From Monocercomonoides exilis PA203 (taxonomy: Eukaryota > Protista > Preaxostyla), in contig LSRY02000039.1 in the NCBI GenBank assembly GCA_001643675.2, positions 806,001-870,000 of the forward strand: a stretch of DNA of 64,000 bases. Direction: 5' to 3'. The first letter of the stretch is position 1; the number at the start of each line of letters is the position of its first letter. Shown here piece after piece: positions 49,801 through 61,243 of the stretch. The translations under genes and the position numbers were made by a program. The notes beneath the pieces are model-generated. The model was not told the origin of the DNA. It saw nothing but the letters and a program-made list of their open reading frames with translations, and searched no databases.

Positions 49801-49826
49801 AAATTATGAATGATCAGGTTGAGTGA
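40827..49826 (+). CDS. Large single-pass surface protein: Cys/Gly-rich beta-helix-like ectodomain, TM helix, and degenerate kinase C-lobe
   Basis: Intronless ~3000-aa ORF with a hydrophobic N-terminus (MVLFLIVLAC). Repeated F..C.A...GGG/GGAI units and CG....PC.TI modules. TM at ~48797-48876. Tail RWQAPE...VYVLGLILHEMITGEVP...MWKDDPNDRPTL. Confidence 0.8.
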   Translation: MVLFLIVLACNYTEYTYANKQLYDRRSDEECESEKIFVHPQVHRCLKNLSGHKVYYNYLLQRGKDSKRGIGVGSTDIEGECEKHDLQPDQKENKRYYRTIESEISSDYWMHLYRKHFNEFPHSEIEGCICAWNSSIELKGIGLIGGERGSMVRGRRGSVVVVRWCVVGIGKDNEAGAFDLSGSIGVLRNITLKGWRNGGEIYSGRLFGGKGYGGEKGGSEEKGGGGGGGGGEGVEGSISVSESHFSSFCVSSAPFLSSPTMPFVSLSHLTFFNISTGNDACSSPTTTSTQTTCFMSSCSFSSVCDVFDGGIVHSLNNPLASLTASNASFIGCCRTRNVECNGTSDNKKQPRRQNITDNGPNTFTWCEWSESRTTGTSDSVTDGISSGGAICMYNLNSGELSISNCLFNNCFAYSRGGGIMCNTINSVYIENDVFNACIAQNHYGGGLYVVTISTCVRISRCEFQKCSANGWGGGLRLEDFQVSGSGCIPTESGEGVSACVFDCSFSSCSLSGICGGGMYCVSIPATQFKMRSIQFISCSALREGGGLCLHPRRDTTPDNKLYCFFLFFHECSCRDAANPYGNDVEYVDAYNLYLDSGNPFHECYTTNTDDKRVCLAYYPSGTWTYDQTLKKDWLKRGVLNRFVAESSGYEEEFCGANESYACRTIGVAVIRSVIQVSLTVTLLEGDHISETATIDIGTKKISVIGKGKDKSSIEMKSLSSTCSLFSVTSGHLGMSHLKADCCSNASPSPSVVVVSDGSGSLSLEDVVITTSVSSGNYVMSSSVFVVPLSQLSMVDVEIINMNVSEPLFSEPNLSSPSSSSLLSLSSSALCLTATASGDRVLANVKVMNVKLTEGDGVVVAKSVKAGETFVVKNMTIEDCECENGSGGGIKVELESSSSKLQMETTTINRCKCSGYGGGMMLHLVDGSHDFSIKSVGFSGCTANSGGNYLFVNGSNSARWGITTEKLNVQHDNSKYNELVGYDRSDTTMGLFPLNVFLDSYPDAAHVGKAKDGLGGYDSQFCGFAYYPCATITHAAQLRYAGKNKSIELDPGFELAEEVSMADTNEWKIFCAAIETKVNVIDPETKSSDWLIKTQNTCSCTIDNITFSIPTVLTDVTSLIFASSALLKLTDCSVGYSSGVDTTYQIEYSFVKATEGNLRLVRFMIKESLIFDGHSFVEFEADMNVVYFEGCSISSVEKKNGDGGLINGAIGKAHASAQDTSGIVVIDSCTIKNCKCHGKENDIGRGGGIFVRMDGKGSVVVNGSNKIGGCEAKNYEGGTKGRGGGMMVEILNSLCTLNISSENAFSPQVLSPNDALYGKDAFIRCGSKIWLNEMVNENSFSFFDKTTTPSDVLKFCGSEDLKDGEVIPLFVYLRSIGSTLTVGRSRDMVLDHSYCGFEKFGCLTIDYCMNTRVDDGLQTVEVVSKSSITNVIKVISRSVNLKGKEESVGEKMKVEVKDGGDTSPNYLIECTKSFEMTNLEFVMNKEINGKRYAFIYSSSSTVTIISCSVSFTSDALTIEKIGYNILNIEGGILIVEGFAMEGPVKMNKKSPITITNGERLEMKNSRVSGVTVEGGSGKGGCICAAIKDGGSTVLDNCSFSSTCTGGGGMKGGGIMISAEDGGSLEIKSATFTGCQVPTEDNLQKGRGKGGGMFVELADTMGSFQMEGVTFSECNAWKGKKVFISGNDLSEVMPNEKLKEELSTSDKKSLDELCGWERASTGEEGYVIPLVVYLWTNWSGNGFVSKEKGGDFSGCGFSEAPCSSIDHLISLRFEPLGEGESHINIVGTGLLSHSISFSFISSSILELPKVVIKATAKGTGVTVTDEDENDPNDSMISSNVNLSLVNMSFTKPVAKTNHAVFIESSGTNTVLTVTDCSFGSLTGVTETAGYCMMRVNGGSVMIERCSLSLISELKGFITFSPSVNQVIVQKVNISLTTVTEGSLITMIEEENQMNEKENSHSNGNRPVLRVVECSFANITNEGIGAGVIEVGSFEHGVEYIIDECSITNCKSALGTEGGGMRVVLKSEETVFKINDSSFSICKCSKESGFGGGLFINGAEDNVNYADETQIPPLKFKIVNILFYMNEAFVGENIFIRCFSIEHQINETLFDLNYSQESLNSNNSICGRDVESEGDVDLIPLITYYYGLQVFLNGTGSDGRQCGAQTNPCSSINCGVDHIEQGVMNAILIDGEGTVTKECVIGDLVVSSFKKTQSIVKLNSKIEKSFEKDCIMEFINESAVERCSFEFEDTFKATHSYLIEVKNGSMEIHKCEFFSSADEVKLNSSIVSVESGELKISETSFRDMYSITAVLSFCEESDVTIDEIRILNIRCEGNVVSVGGKAKVEMKEMVVENVTLLSNGCVIGVDDAEQEVSVLNCSFGKCVNSVNKGSMMQIRRSKDVRIEACVFDGEKKVEIMNEEYERKEGLCKWNGSLIDFETSNVEMKETTVMKSKNGGLWVSGGSVKIEKGEFENNNPSIEGYPSARRNVICEGNGELNVVSVKGGDGMLPNTSLWILDEACKLGGIASERGSSYFIPVLEEVKNSTQPNGEMELVILGKLLLPCGLTLRLNMKEGDFELPYTSTIEEGGYISENEVHSMISSELLKVMENKTEVSVCIVFGKNKVTTFNGIVVMNKSESESKRDDNIDEGGFNVNKGGTNNEWSLIVIVLIAVMLLMFIMVFAVFAVVQRKKLGEMLQKIEEMGYKGAIINKAERRKEKSGETFEMSSMPSSLLEGMTSQIPLLIDDEEEISELPTTNDDDDSLNENDLLAFGFPSPALGDVSVSGVEQSHSLKVISAKKPFRENEKKNIKTLHSVIHSVQGNFTLGTRAINVVDGKEVVLAVAELFGHLISVGDERVEMMARQLCPFSIFVEERNENEIYVLTEELEDEKLKNEMKRWQAPEVGNENGSDREEEEEEGIEQGVVYVLGLILHEMITGEVPLSECKAEEAQEMMRDGVRPLTEGIEGEELVEMMERMWKDDPNDRPTLKEVKKSIKKIMNDQVE

Positions 49827-52800
49827 AAAGAACATCACAAATGATTGCGCAAATGAAAATTGATGAATAGATGAAAAACAATCAAAATGCAAAAAGTGCA
49901 GATTGACAATTCGTGTATTTGGTGCAATTTTCACGAATTGCGTCATGAAAAAAACGAAAAATTTTGAATGAAGCATTGGATAATAATTGCCCATGATCTT
50001 GCTGGTTGCCTGAAAAACAAAAAGTTGAATACAGAAATGTTATTATCATTCATTGTCCCTATTTTATTATTCTGTGCAAGATAGAAGTCGCTTTTGACTT
50101 TCCACTTCTTTATTCATTCTTTTGAGTTTTTATTTTTCATCTCATTTTCTTTCTTTCTTTCATTTTTATATTTCATTTCATTTCATTCTTTGTTCTTCAG
50201 CTGAATAATCTTGTGAGAACAAAATCATAATTTTTTATTTTTTGAATAGTTCTCTGAAAACATGAACGTTTCAAATCATTAGATTTTTTATTCACTTCTT
50301 TTTTTAAGGTGAAAGTTGTTATTCTAAAAAAATCCAAGTGTTTTCGATTGTTCAAACTCAAATATCACATGAATCTGATCACTCAAAAAAAATGAATGAT
50401 GATTATGTGTCAAAGAAATAATAGGGTCATAATTATATTAGTACCCCGTTTTTTATTAGATTCTAAATTTTTTTTTCTCATATTGCTTTATATAGAAGCT
50501 TATACGCAATGAGAATAAATTTAAAATAAATAATATATTATTATAAAGTTGTATACCAAATATTTTTGAAAATCATTTCATTTAAAAAAAGATCTGAATT
50601 TTTAAAGTTTTATTTTTTGATCAATGTTTTGCTCGTGTTTCCACGAGTTTCTGAAACCAAGCATTTTCCTTGTTAGCGTTGTTTTTAAACTTTTCTTTTA
50701 AACATTTTTGGTTATTTTATAACATGAAAAACTCTTTTTTTTCACTAGTTTTCACACCTCACCTTTTTTTCGTAAAACTGAAATATTAACAAAGAGAATA
50801 TTATTTACACCTTTTTCTTATGTTCAAATAATGCACTATTTAGTATAATATCATATAATTAAGCTATGATATATAAATATTTGAGAATGACGAGTTTAAC
50901 ACGAAAAACAAAATATCATCTTTTTCATTTTGTGTGCCAAATGTTTTTTGTTAAATATTTTAACTTCATCACATATTTGTAACAAACAATAATACATTAT
51001 TTGAACATAAGAAAAAGGTGTAAATAATATTCTCTTTGTTAATATTTCAGTTTTACGAAAAAAAGGTGAGGTGTGAAAACTAGTGAAAAAAAAGAGTTTT
51101 TCATGTTATAAAATAACCAAAAATGTTTAAAAGAAAAGTTTAAAAACAACGCTAACAAGGAAAATGCTTGGTTTCAGAAACTCGTGGAAACACGAGCAAA
51201 ACATTGATCAAAAAATAAAACTTTAAAAATTCAGATCTTTTTTTAAATGAAATGATTTTCAAAAATATTTGGTATACAACTTTATAATAATATATTATTT
51301 ATTTTAAATTTATTCTCATTGCGTATAAGCTTCTATATAAAGCAATATGAGAAATTCGCAATAGAGCGAATCTACGAACGCAAGGAGCAGGTTTGCTCCT
51401 CAATAATGAGTATTAATTTAAATTATGGGCGGTTTAAGATCTAACTTCGCCAATACTCAAATTCAAAGTTGATCCAAATTGTCCGCAATGAAAATGAAGC
51501 AACAACCTGTTACAATAGAACACAGAGACGGCGATGGAAGAGAATAAGATCAAATTTTAACACTGGTCAAAGTGGAATATTTTAGTGAAGAATTTACCAG
51601 GATTTAGGCATGATATTCATCATCCGGAATGGAAGAAAGTGCACAGCTGAAGATGTCGAACGGCAAGCTGCACATTGTGAAGAGATTTTATCATGAACAG
51701 AATCTGGAAAATTCTGTGAGATAATTATTGGAATTGGAACCACATTGTGCAGCGAGACAATTGAACAAACAGAAACCACAAAAAATCTAGAGGTATTTAA
51801 ACGAAATGAAGATATGACATTTTATCGGTTTTAAAAAGAATAAAACCACACATTATATTGTTTATTTATTAGGTTAAGGAACTGCGAATTGAAGTGTGAT
51901 GTAGTTAAATAATGAAATCGCAAGATATTACTAGAATTCAAAAAGATAGATCCACAAATTGCAGAGAGATTATTTTAGAGAAAGAATTTCTGATCTAATG
52001 AAATTTCAAAATAATAATATATACATACACAATATAGAAAAGATATATTCATATAATGCTGTGGAATACAAATTTTAAACAAAACAAACGAGAAACAATA
52101 GAATATTGATATTATTTTCAAGGAGGAAGAGCTGCGCATAGCCGCGAGAAAGAGAGAGAAGAGAGAATCAACTTACAACGAAGAAAAGATTATGAAGGAT
52201 AAGAGATGAGCAGCTTTACGAGATACGGATAAATGCAGCAACAAAATATACACATATACACATAACAAGGATATTTGTAAGAATCGATACACATATTACA
52301 GCGAGATATTAATAGAAGGATAATTTTATAACAATTAAGATTTAGATAATTTTAATGAAGCTGCACACTATAAAGAGATATTTACGAGGAACAAGACAAC
52401 GTTAAGTCTTGAGATCATGAGAGTGGAAATAGCAGAGATAGACGCACTTAACAGCGAGATGACAATTAAGATAGAAAACTCAGTAATTAGAGAGGCTTTC
52501 GCAAAGTGAATACTGACAAGCTGCATTACAACAACATATCAAAACTGAAAGAGTGAAATATCATCAATTTTAATAAGATAGGATACGATTCAATATAAGA
52601 GAAATAATTACAAAAGTGAAACCGCGAAATATAACGGGACGGAGAGATAAAAGATTGCTGTGTATTGTCGCGAGGTTATAGTGGAGTGACATATTGCTTT
52701 TGATCGAAAGGGTTTGAAGGAAGAGAAAGCTGAGTTTGCTGTGAGAGAAGGATAGAGAAAGAAATTGAGAGAGATTGCGAATCGATAATTAGATAAGGAA

Positions 52801-53162
52801 CAGTGCATTTTCGCGAGTCAGGTGTAGATATAGTAATTGCGAAATTTCACGAGAATATTGAAGAAGTGAATCCGCGAAAAAACTCGAGGAGAAGACAGAG
52901 CATGAGACCGCTAGAGACCGCGAGAGACGAATACAGAAATTAGCCGCATAGTGCGGCGTGATGAAAATTGAAGAAGACTCAACACATCTCAGCGAAAATG
53001 CAGATAGATGCACTCAGCCGGACTTAGAAGAAACCGGACAATGCAATGAGAGTGGAAAAAGTTGTAAAGACATTTCAAATATTCGAACCGAGAAGACTAG
53101 ATTATATTACAAACACGATTGCTCCGGTGAACTGCGGAAGTACTTGGAGACTATCCTCTCTG

Positions 53163-53310
<148 letters not shown>

Positions 53311-55206
53311 CCAGAAGAATAGACAGTGCTAGTCTATAATTAAGAAACATATGATTGACCGTTTTAGAGATGAGAAATGATGACTTGAATTCACCCACAA
53401 GAAAAATAATTAGTGTTTGACTGGAGAGGAAAATATACAAGAAGGAAACTTTTTCAAACAGGGGGAAAAGACGTAGGAGAAGAGGGTATATCAGCAGCTA
53501 TATTGACTAATCAAAAGAACAAAACGGATTCGTGGAGATAGCTAAGAAAATTTGGGGCAAAATATTTAACTTCAGGCATTTTCATTGAAAAATTATGCAC
53601 TTTTCTTTGACTTTTTGAGATGAAAAAATACAATAAAAATGGGTTCGTTTCTTGAAATTCTTTTGAAGTCACAAAACATTTTGTTGTTGCATCAATGAAG
53701 TTTGTATTCGGATATGACAAATCATTTGATTTTGAAATCTGATAAAGTTTGATAAAGAAATGAGAGAATCAATTTTTCTTGCTTTGTGCAAAAAAAGCTT
53801 GAAAGTCCGTATTTTCCCCCATTTAAACAATTTTTGGATGAGAATGAACAGGTGAAACAGACACCTCATCGAGAACGATGCCAGGTGAATTTTGGAAAGA
53901 TTTATTGATAACCTATCGATTATGAATCTTTCAAGTGGAATGATTCATCAGATAAGTGATGTGAAAGATATAGATATATTTTCAAAAACTTACGAAGGAG
54001 AGAAGTCGAGAAACTGCAAATGATGTTAACCAATGTGAGATTTCGCAGTTACAACGAAATGGGAAGGCACCACATATAACTCAACAGACACGCAAGTACA
54101 TCAGAGGAGAGCCCTCATCCTCACTGTAATTTTGTAACTTTAGAGTTAGCTGAGCTGGAGAGATTGAGAAGGAAGGAATCTATTTTGAAAGAGAATACAG
54201 TATTATTAGAAGTGCAGATATAGATAACAGATAGGAAAATTACAAAAATCGATATTAACAAACATTCAAATGCACTCATCGATGCAGAATAGACGCTCCA
54301 ACATTGGCTTAATATATCCAGGACTTCTTATTAAGATAAATATGTGTGGTTTGATATCAAAGAAGGTTAACTTGCAAAGATAAAGAGAATAAAAGAAGAA
54401 TTAGAAGTTATTCAAAGAGAGAGTGTGATATTCACGATAGTTTGACCACATTCTCTATTAGACTTTAAGTTATTATTCACAAATCTAAGAGAAAAGGTTC
54501 GGTTTGGAAAGCAGTTAATGCACACACGAAATGTGGACCGGGTTCAAGAGTGGAACAGGAATACTTTACGGTTTACCGGTTCAAGATACGAAATAAATCC
54601 TGGAGACAATTGAAAGTCCTGGGCCCCAAACGGGAGAAGTGGAAAAGTCGGAGAAGTATCAAGTAAGAAAGGAAATGAGCATCGAGAAAATGAATTTAGA
54701 GATGAAAGAATGCACAGAAATGATATCAGAAGCTGGCGGTGAAGAAGATATGAGGAAGGAAAAAGCGGACAAAGAAACGAGACTTATAGCTTAGAGAAGA
54801 GAGAAAGCAAAGGAAAGCAACAAAGTCACAGAACGCCTCATCCCGACCACCCTAGCTTTTGAGATCACCCCTCATGATTCCCAGCAGCAGAAGAGAGCTG
54901 ACTGGAAGCAAACACACTGCCTCACAGAGAGGAATATGCGCACGGACCGGAGGAAGCAGGGGGTCAGATATCTTGGTGGGATGATAAATAACTCAAGGGA
55001 AACGAATTCCCGGTCGATTACTCATCGGAAACACACCAAGAAAGGAAGGGAGTAGAGACAGGAACCGCACCTTCATCCGCATGCTCTCTATACATCCGCC
55101 GCACGATGACGTGCTAGGCAAGAGGGTTTAAGATCAATACTAATGAATAAATTAATAAATAAAAATATTATTAAATCAAAGTAAATATATGGAAAAGGGC
55201 TTTTTG

Positions 55207-55303
55207 ACTCATTATTGAGGAGCAAACCTGCTCCTTGCGTTCGTAGATTCGCTCTATTGCGAATTGATAGAACGCAGTGAGACAGGATTTGCTCCGAAAT
55301 AAT
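55207..55303 (-). repeat. DIRS internal complementary region (ICR)
   Basis: Exact reverse complement of 51353-51409 fused to the reverse complement of 55928-55967. Confidence 0.9.
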
Positions 55304-58300
55304 ATTAATGCGGATGGAGAGACTCAGAGCGACTGGGTGCGAGAATGAGAGAGAAACATGTTGGGAAGAATATGACGAGAAATAAGAGCGAGATAGCAGA
55401 GGAGAGAGGAAAAGAGCAACGGCCTGCATTGATTAGTGTACACCTTCAACCATGACAGATATAAATGGAATGAAGAAACAGTTTTAATCATGAGCCAACT
55501 CCAATATTTTGTATGTATGAGTTGTGAAGAGAAGAGTCAGACTAGCCCACACAGTGTGTGATGATTGGGGTTTCTCTGCTGATGCAGAAGAAGAGCGGGA
55601 GGAAGAGCATATCACATGCAGTTTTCTTTTCCACGCCTCGCGGAAGCGAGAGTGGTTTTTCTTTCTGCTCAGTTTTGGAGCACTCGCCTCTCCGGATCCC
55701 TGCACGGACTGCAGGAGACAGCTCCGAGGGGCTATGTCCCCTGCCCTCTGGTCTTTGTGACCAAGGCGAAAAGGCGAAGTCGGCGGTGAAGTGAAGCGGA
55801 CAATTCATAGAACACTTTTTATTATTTTACATATTTTTGTCTATATTTTCATCTCGCCCTTTTTTCCACGTCATATTTGGGAGGGCGAAGTTCTCACTTA
55901 AACCGCCCATAATTTAAATTAATACTCATTATTTCGGAGCAAATCCTGTCTCACTGCGTTCTATCAAAAAAAATTTCGGATCTAATAAAAAACGGGGTAC
56001 AAATAAAATTATGACCTTATTTTGAATTTCAAAAATGAAAAAATGTGATGTGAATGAAATAAAAAGAGAGAAAATGAATGTTCAGAATAATTTTTCTTGA
56101 TTTCTTGGAGAATTGTTTATTTTGAAATATTGATAAACAAAGCAAATCGATGAGATGAAAATAAAGAGAATTTTCACACCAAAACATAAATTAAACATTC
56201 CTCACATCAAAAAAATTATCATTTCGAAATTAATTTATTCTTTTTCGAAATCGAATTAATAAATTTAGAAATTGAATAATTTATTTTCGAATACGATTTT
56301 TTTTTTTTAAATTAGAATTATTTTTGGTGTCAATTTTTTTTTTTTAAAAAAAAGCATGATATCTGAAAGATTTTTGAAACATTTGCGCAACAAACACTCC
56401 AAATAGTTGCATCAGGAATCGTTAATCTGACAGCAGCTGGGAAATTTAAAGCCAGAAGTTCTGGAGGTTGTGAACCAGAAGCTGTTTCCAACAGATACTC
56501 ATATTGTGATTGTGAGCGAGAGAGGCACATATATAACTGCAATGCTCTTTCTGGAGCAGATGCCCATCAACAAAGTGGTTTCTCCGATGCTATCGATTGT
56601 TCTGTGGAAAAAAGGCGTAACTAGCATCGACTTCTGATTCGATTTGACTGAGGTGGGAAAGCTGAATAAGTCGGTATCTGATTTTCCTCTGTTTGATAAC
56701 ACTTTCAGGAGGGTAATTGTCAAGGCGGACGGGAAGCTGATGACATGCTGATATTTAGTCTTGCTGATGCAGAGAAGTTCTTTGATCATGATTGAAATGA
56801 ATGTTTGATGAAAGGAATGTTGACAAGGGAAATGGATGCAGGTGCTGGATGAGGTTCAGGAGAAAGAGGAAGAAGTCACAAAATAGTGAACGAAGCATTC
56901 ACATGAAGACTGTGATGCAAGTGTTTCTGGCAGGTAATGGATTCATCGTGAAGGAATGAAACAAGCTGCTTGAAGACAAAAAGGGAAAGACGAATACTCC
57001 AATGCCATTTTCTCTGTTTAACAGGCAGTTGTGCTCATTTCCACATGTGTGAATTGATTATTGTGGTGTGGCTGGTGGAAGCCTCGAGTGAAGGTTGGCT
57101 TGTCTTGTTTGTTTGCTGATGAAGAGGCTCTCGTAGACGCAAATGAAGGTTCATGAGAAAGGAGAGAAGAGAGGCATTTTCCTTGAAAGGAAATTAATCC
57201 ATCTGCAAATCAAATTGAAGACTGCGGTGATAAAGCTGATCAGATGTGAAAAACTGAAAGGAGAAAAATGACAAAAGATTTGAAGAAAGATAAAACGAAG
57301 AAACTTTGTTGTAGAAGACGCTTCATTTCATCTCAATATCAGATATTCGAATTCCACTTCCCTTGCTTCGATATCTGGCATCACGAATTAAAACTTCTTT
57401 GAAAATTTCATTAGCAAAAAAGTATTGACATCAATCACCTATTTCTATAAACTGTTTCTTTCAAATGTGAAATTCTTCTTTTGTAAATATTTTTTTTTCC
57501 TTCTTGTTCTGTTGTTGCACAAAGTTCTTGGAAATTTCCATTTCTTTTTTTCTTGTTTCGCTTATTCATTTTTTTTCACTCATGTGTTTCTGCATTTTTT
57601 CTACGGCTTTCAATTTCTTTGCTAATTCGTCATTTCTATCTTTTTCTCTCATGTTGATGTGAAAAATGAAATTATTCGATCAGATGATGTGAAGGTTGAT
57701 GAAACAGCAGTTGAATGAAATTATTTCGATGGAGTTGTTGAGGAAGTGGACGATGATATAGATGAAGGATGTGAGAAATAAATGACAATCGAAATATTCA
57801 TAAATTATCCAATCTTTTCAAAAAGATGCTGAAAATGCCTTGAGCGAGATTGATTAAATGAATTATCGTGTTTGTCAAGTTGTCATTGGATAAATTAAAC
57901 AATTTTTATCACAAAATTGGTGAAAGGCAGAGAGAATTAAACAGATGAAGAATTAAGTCCACAAGTCGTGAACTGTCTTAGAGTGATTGAACTTCTTTGT
58001 CACTCAGAAAAAGAAAAATACGTTTGTCCAGAGATATTTATAATTCAAATGAACTTCATGTTTGATGAGGATATTGGCAGAGAAGAATTCGAAATAGAAG
58101 AAAGCACTGACGATCAAAGAAGTTAACATCGGTGACAAAATTTTTAAAGACAAGGAAAAGAGAAAGAAGAATTTTTTTTGATAATGTGATTGATGTATCG
58201 ACTCTGGAAATCAACATCTTTTGTTGAAGTGAGACTGTTGAGAAAGATAAGGAATGTGAAGAAGAAGAGAAGATATCAGCTTTTCCAAGTCATATTGATC

Positions 58301-60205
58301 AACAGAAAAAACTGAATGCGTTCTGAATATGAGTGTTCAGAAAGATCATCTGCTCATAAAAAAGAGTCGCTTCTGCCATGCTCTCTCAATGTTTATTCCA
58401 AGCAAACTTCTTTTTCTCTCTTTCAGGCTCATGTCAAGCATTGCCATGCTTTGCGTCATTCAAAGAAGATGGCAGAAGTTGAATGACTTCGTTGAATGCA
58501 ATCCAAACAAGAAAAATCTCAAAACTTTTGGCTCTTTTGAAAAAGGATAAAATTGTTTTTTTTTCATTTCATTCCTGTTCACAGGCATTCTGCATTCATT
58601 GAAAAGACACCTTTAGAGAAAAATGAACAAAACAAAAAAAGTCAAACCATCTTTTTGGTCTTGAAATATTTTCCCATCTCCAATGGATTGGTAATTGTCT
58701 GTCAAACTGGTTTTCTTGTTCTTGGAATCCATCGTGAAGCTGGCTGTAATATCAGATGAAAACACACGTTCTCCAAATTAACAATAAAAGCACTCTTTTT
58801 CAAAGACTCATTCAACGCCAAGTCTTCGCTGATGGCATGCCAGTAGGATTTGTGCAAAATGCAAATGAGATTGTTGTTGAGGCCTGCTGAGTGTTTTGCT
58901 CAACTCGTTTCCTCCATTGTCCAACTTCCAATTCCCTTTCCTTTTCCACGAAACAAACCTTCTTCCAAAAAAAATCACGCAAAACAAATCCTGTGCAAAA
59001 GATACGCCAAGCACACTGCACTTCCCTCGAAATGACAAAGCGGTTCATTTCAATTTTTCTAATATTCTGCTCACTTTTTCTGCATCTTGCTTGAGTTTTT
59101 TTTCATTCAAAATATCACAGCTGACGTTGCACCATGTGTTATGCGAAATATAACCAAGTTCAAATTTCATGCAATTTCCCCCACCAAATTCACTTTTCGC
59201 AAACAATTGATGCAAACAGCCACTCGCTCCTCCATCTGGAAGAAAAATCCCTGCTCTTCTGCAGTGCTATAACTTGCATGTGTGCATCTGTGCCTGCATC
59301 CTCAAACAGCTCAAATATGCTCTGGCTGCAGCAATACATCAATAAATAATCTATAAAACAAATCATAGGTTGCAAACCCTTATTAATTTGCTTAACAACA
59401 AATAAATGCTTTATAACCCTTCGGATTGCCTGTTTTGAGGCAAAGGAATGAAAATGTTTCAGAGGAATAAGTTTATGATTGAACATATTCAGACATTTTC
59501 AGAGGCATTTGTGACTCTTTTGAAGCGGATGTTCCTCCAACATTCAGAAAATGAACCAATTTGTTGCTTCGGTTTGATTTTTCCAAATGCATCAGGACCA
59601 GCTGCAAATGTTTCAGGATGTGCATGGGGCATTTCTGAATCTCTGCTCAGACAATTTAATCTGTTCTTTTTTTTTTTATGCTAAAAGAAATTGAACATTG
59701 ACTTTTGAGAGAGGATTGGTAGACTGAATGAATTGAAGGATGCAGCACAGAAAAAGGGAAAAGCGAGGGAATGGAAGGAATAAGGGAGAATGTGAGATTT
59801 GAAGAGACTGGCGCGATTTGTTCAGTGGATTCTTGCAAGGTTATAAAGATAATGGCGGATGGAAAGTGATAGGGATGGAGGATGAGACTTTTGTGTTAGA
59901 GCATTTTAGGGGATGTTTTGAAGAGCCAAAGGTTAAACGGGACGTTGGCTTGTTTTTCTTTGAAAAGGAAAAGATTTGAGAAGAAGAATTCTGATGAAGA
60001 GAATAAGAAAGAAAAAGAATTGGAAAAGAAGGAAGAAAAGTGAATGATAAAGTGGTTGATCAGAACATTGGAGTCATGCTTTGAATCATGCAAATTGAGG
60101 AATGAAACATATATTTGAGTTTGTCTTCTGCACAGCGAGGTCATTTCGTGAACCAAACGATCAGTTCAGAGAAATTTGTAAGCAAATCATGTTTCTGAAG
60201 AGATA

Positions 60206-60540
60206 TTGCAAGAAATAGAGTTGTGGATGAAGAAATCTTGCTGGGATAATGAGTTACTGACACTGTTTTGGGGGAAATCATCCAGTCAAGCAAAAGTTGT
60301 TCAAAATTATTTTATAAATTGTGCATTTTCCACAAACAATTGTGAAAGATCGAAAGAAAACACAGATTGGAAAGCTGAAGAGGCAAGGCGAAGAGAGTCG
60401 AAAAGAAAAGTGTTTGAAAAGATGGAAGAAAATGGACAAGAAAATGGAACGACAAACGTTTATGAAACTTTTTGTTTTGATAAATGAAGTGTGTTAACCT
60501 TTTCTATTGCTGTAAACTATTTCTGATTGTTGAAGGAGTC
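60206..60540 (+). pseudogene. 3' fragment of the expanded family
   Basis: ESKRKVFEKMEENGQE resembles the family motif KRKV.EKMEEEGYED. Short and interrupted. Confidence 0.5.
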
Positions 60541-61243
60541 TGTGAAGAGAATGTGAAATGCATTTCCATACATTTCATTTCATTTTCATCTCTGAAAAGA
60601 AGAGAAATGAGGAGAGAAGAGAAGAGATTTCGTTCAAGAGCAACATTTTCAGTTGAACACGAAGATTATTAAATAAAAACAGTCCAATTCTTCATTCATT
60701 TTATTCATTGTTGAAATTATCATATTCTGCTTCGACTTTGCTCTTTCTCCCACACTCACTCTCTTTCATTTGTTCAATCATTCACACAGTTTTAATCTTT
60801 ATTTCAACTATTGTCATCTTTTTTGTCTTTCATTCCCCTTCTATTTCGACAAGGAAGACAACGTGCATTTCGAATAATTTGGCATTCAGCCGCTTTCAGA
60901 TAACGAGTGAAATGGAAGTGATGTTCAATGATACAAGTTTTGGTGAAATATCACAAAAAGATTTCCGAGAGAAAAAAGTGAAAGAGAAAGAAGAAAAAGA
61001 GGATTCAGCTCTGATTGTTTTTGGAATGGAAAGAAGGACAATTGAAATGAAGAAGGAAGGATTTTAATGTATGTGCTTCATGGGAAAAGAAGAAAAACTC
61101 AAATTTCATATTCTTTCTTGTTTTGAAAAAGGAAATAAAAACATTCATAAAAATTATTTAGCAAATTTTATTTCCGATTTTGTGAAATGAATAAAATAGA
61201 AAATCATTTTTTTGAGCTACAGAATGAAATGATCCTCTTTTTC

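Noticed and set aside
56330-59900. Higher-GC patches suggesting decayed genes, plus a degenerate MITE at ~56177-56329
   Set aside because: Too fragmented to assign a product by eye; it needs BLASTX. The MITE ends are degraded and lack TA flanks.
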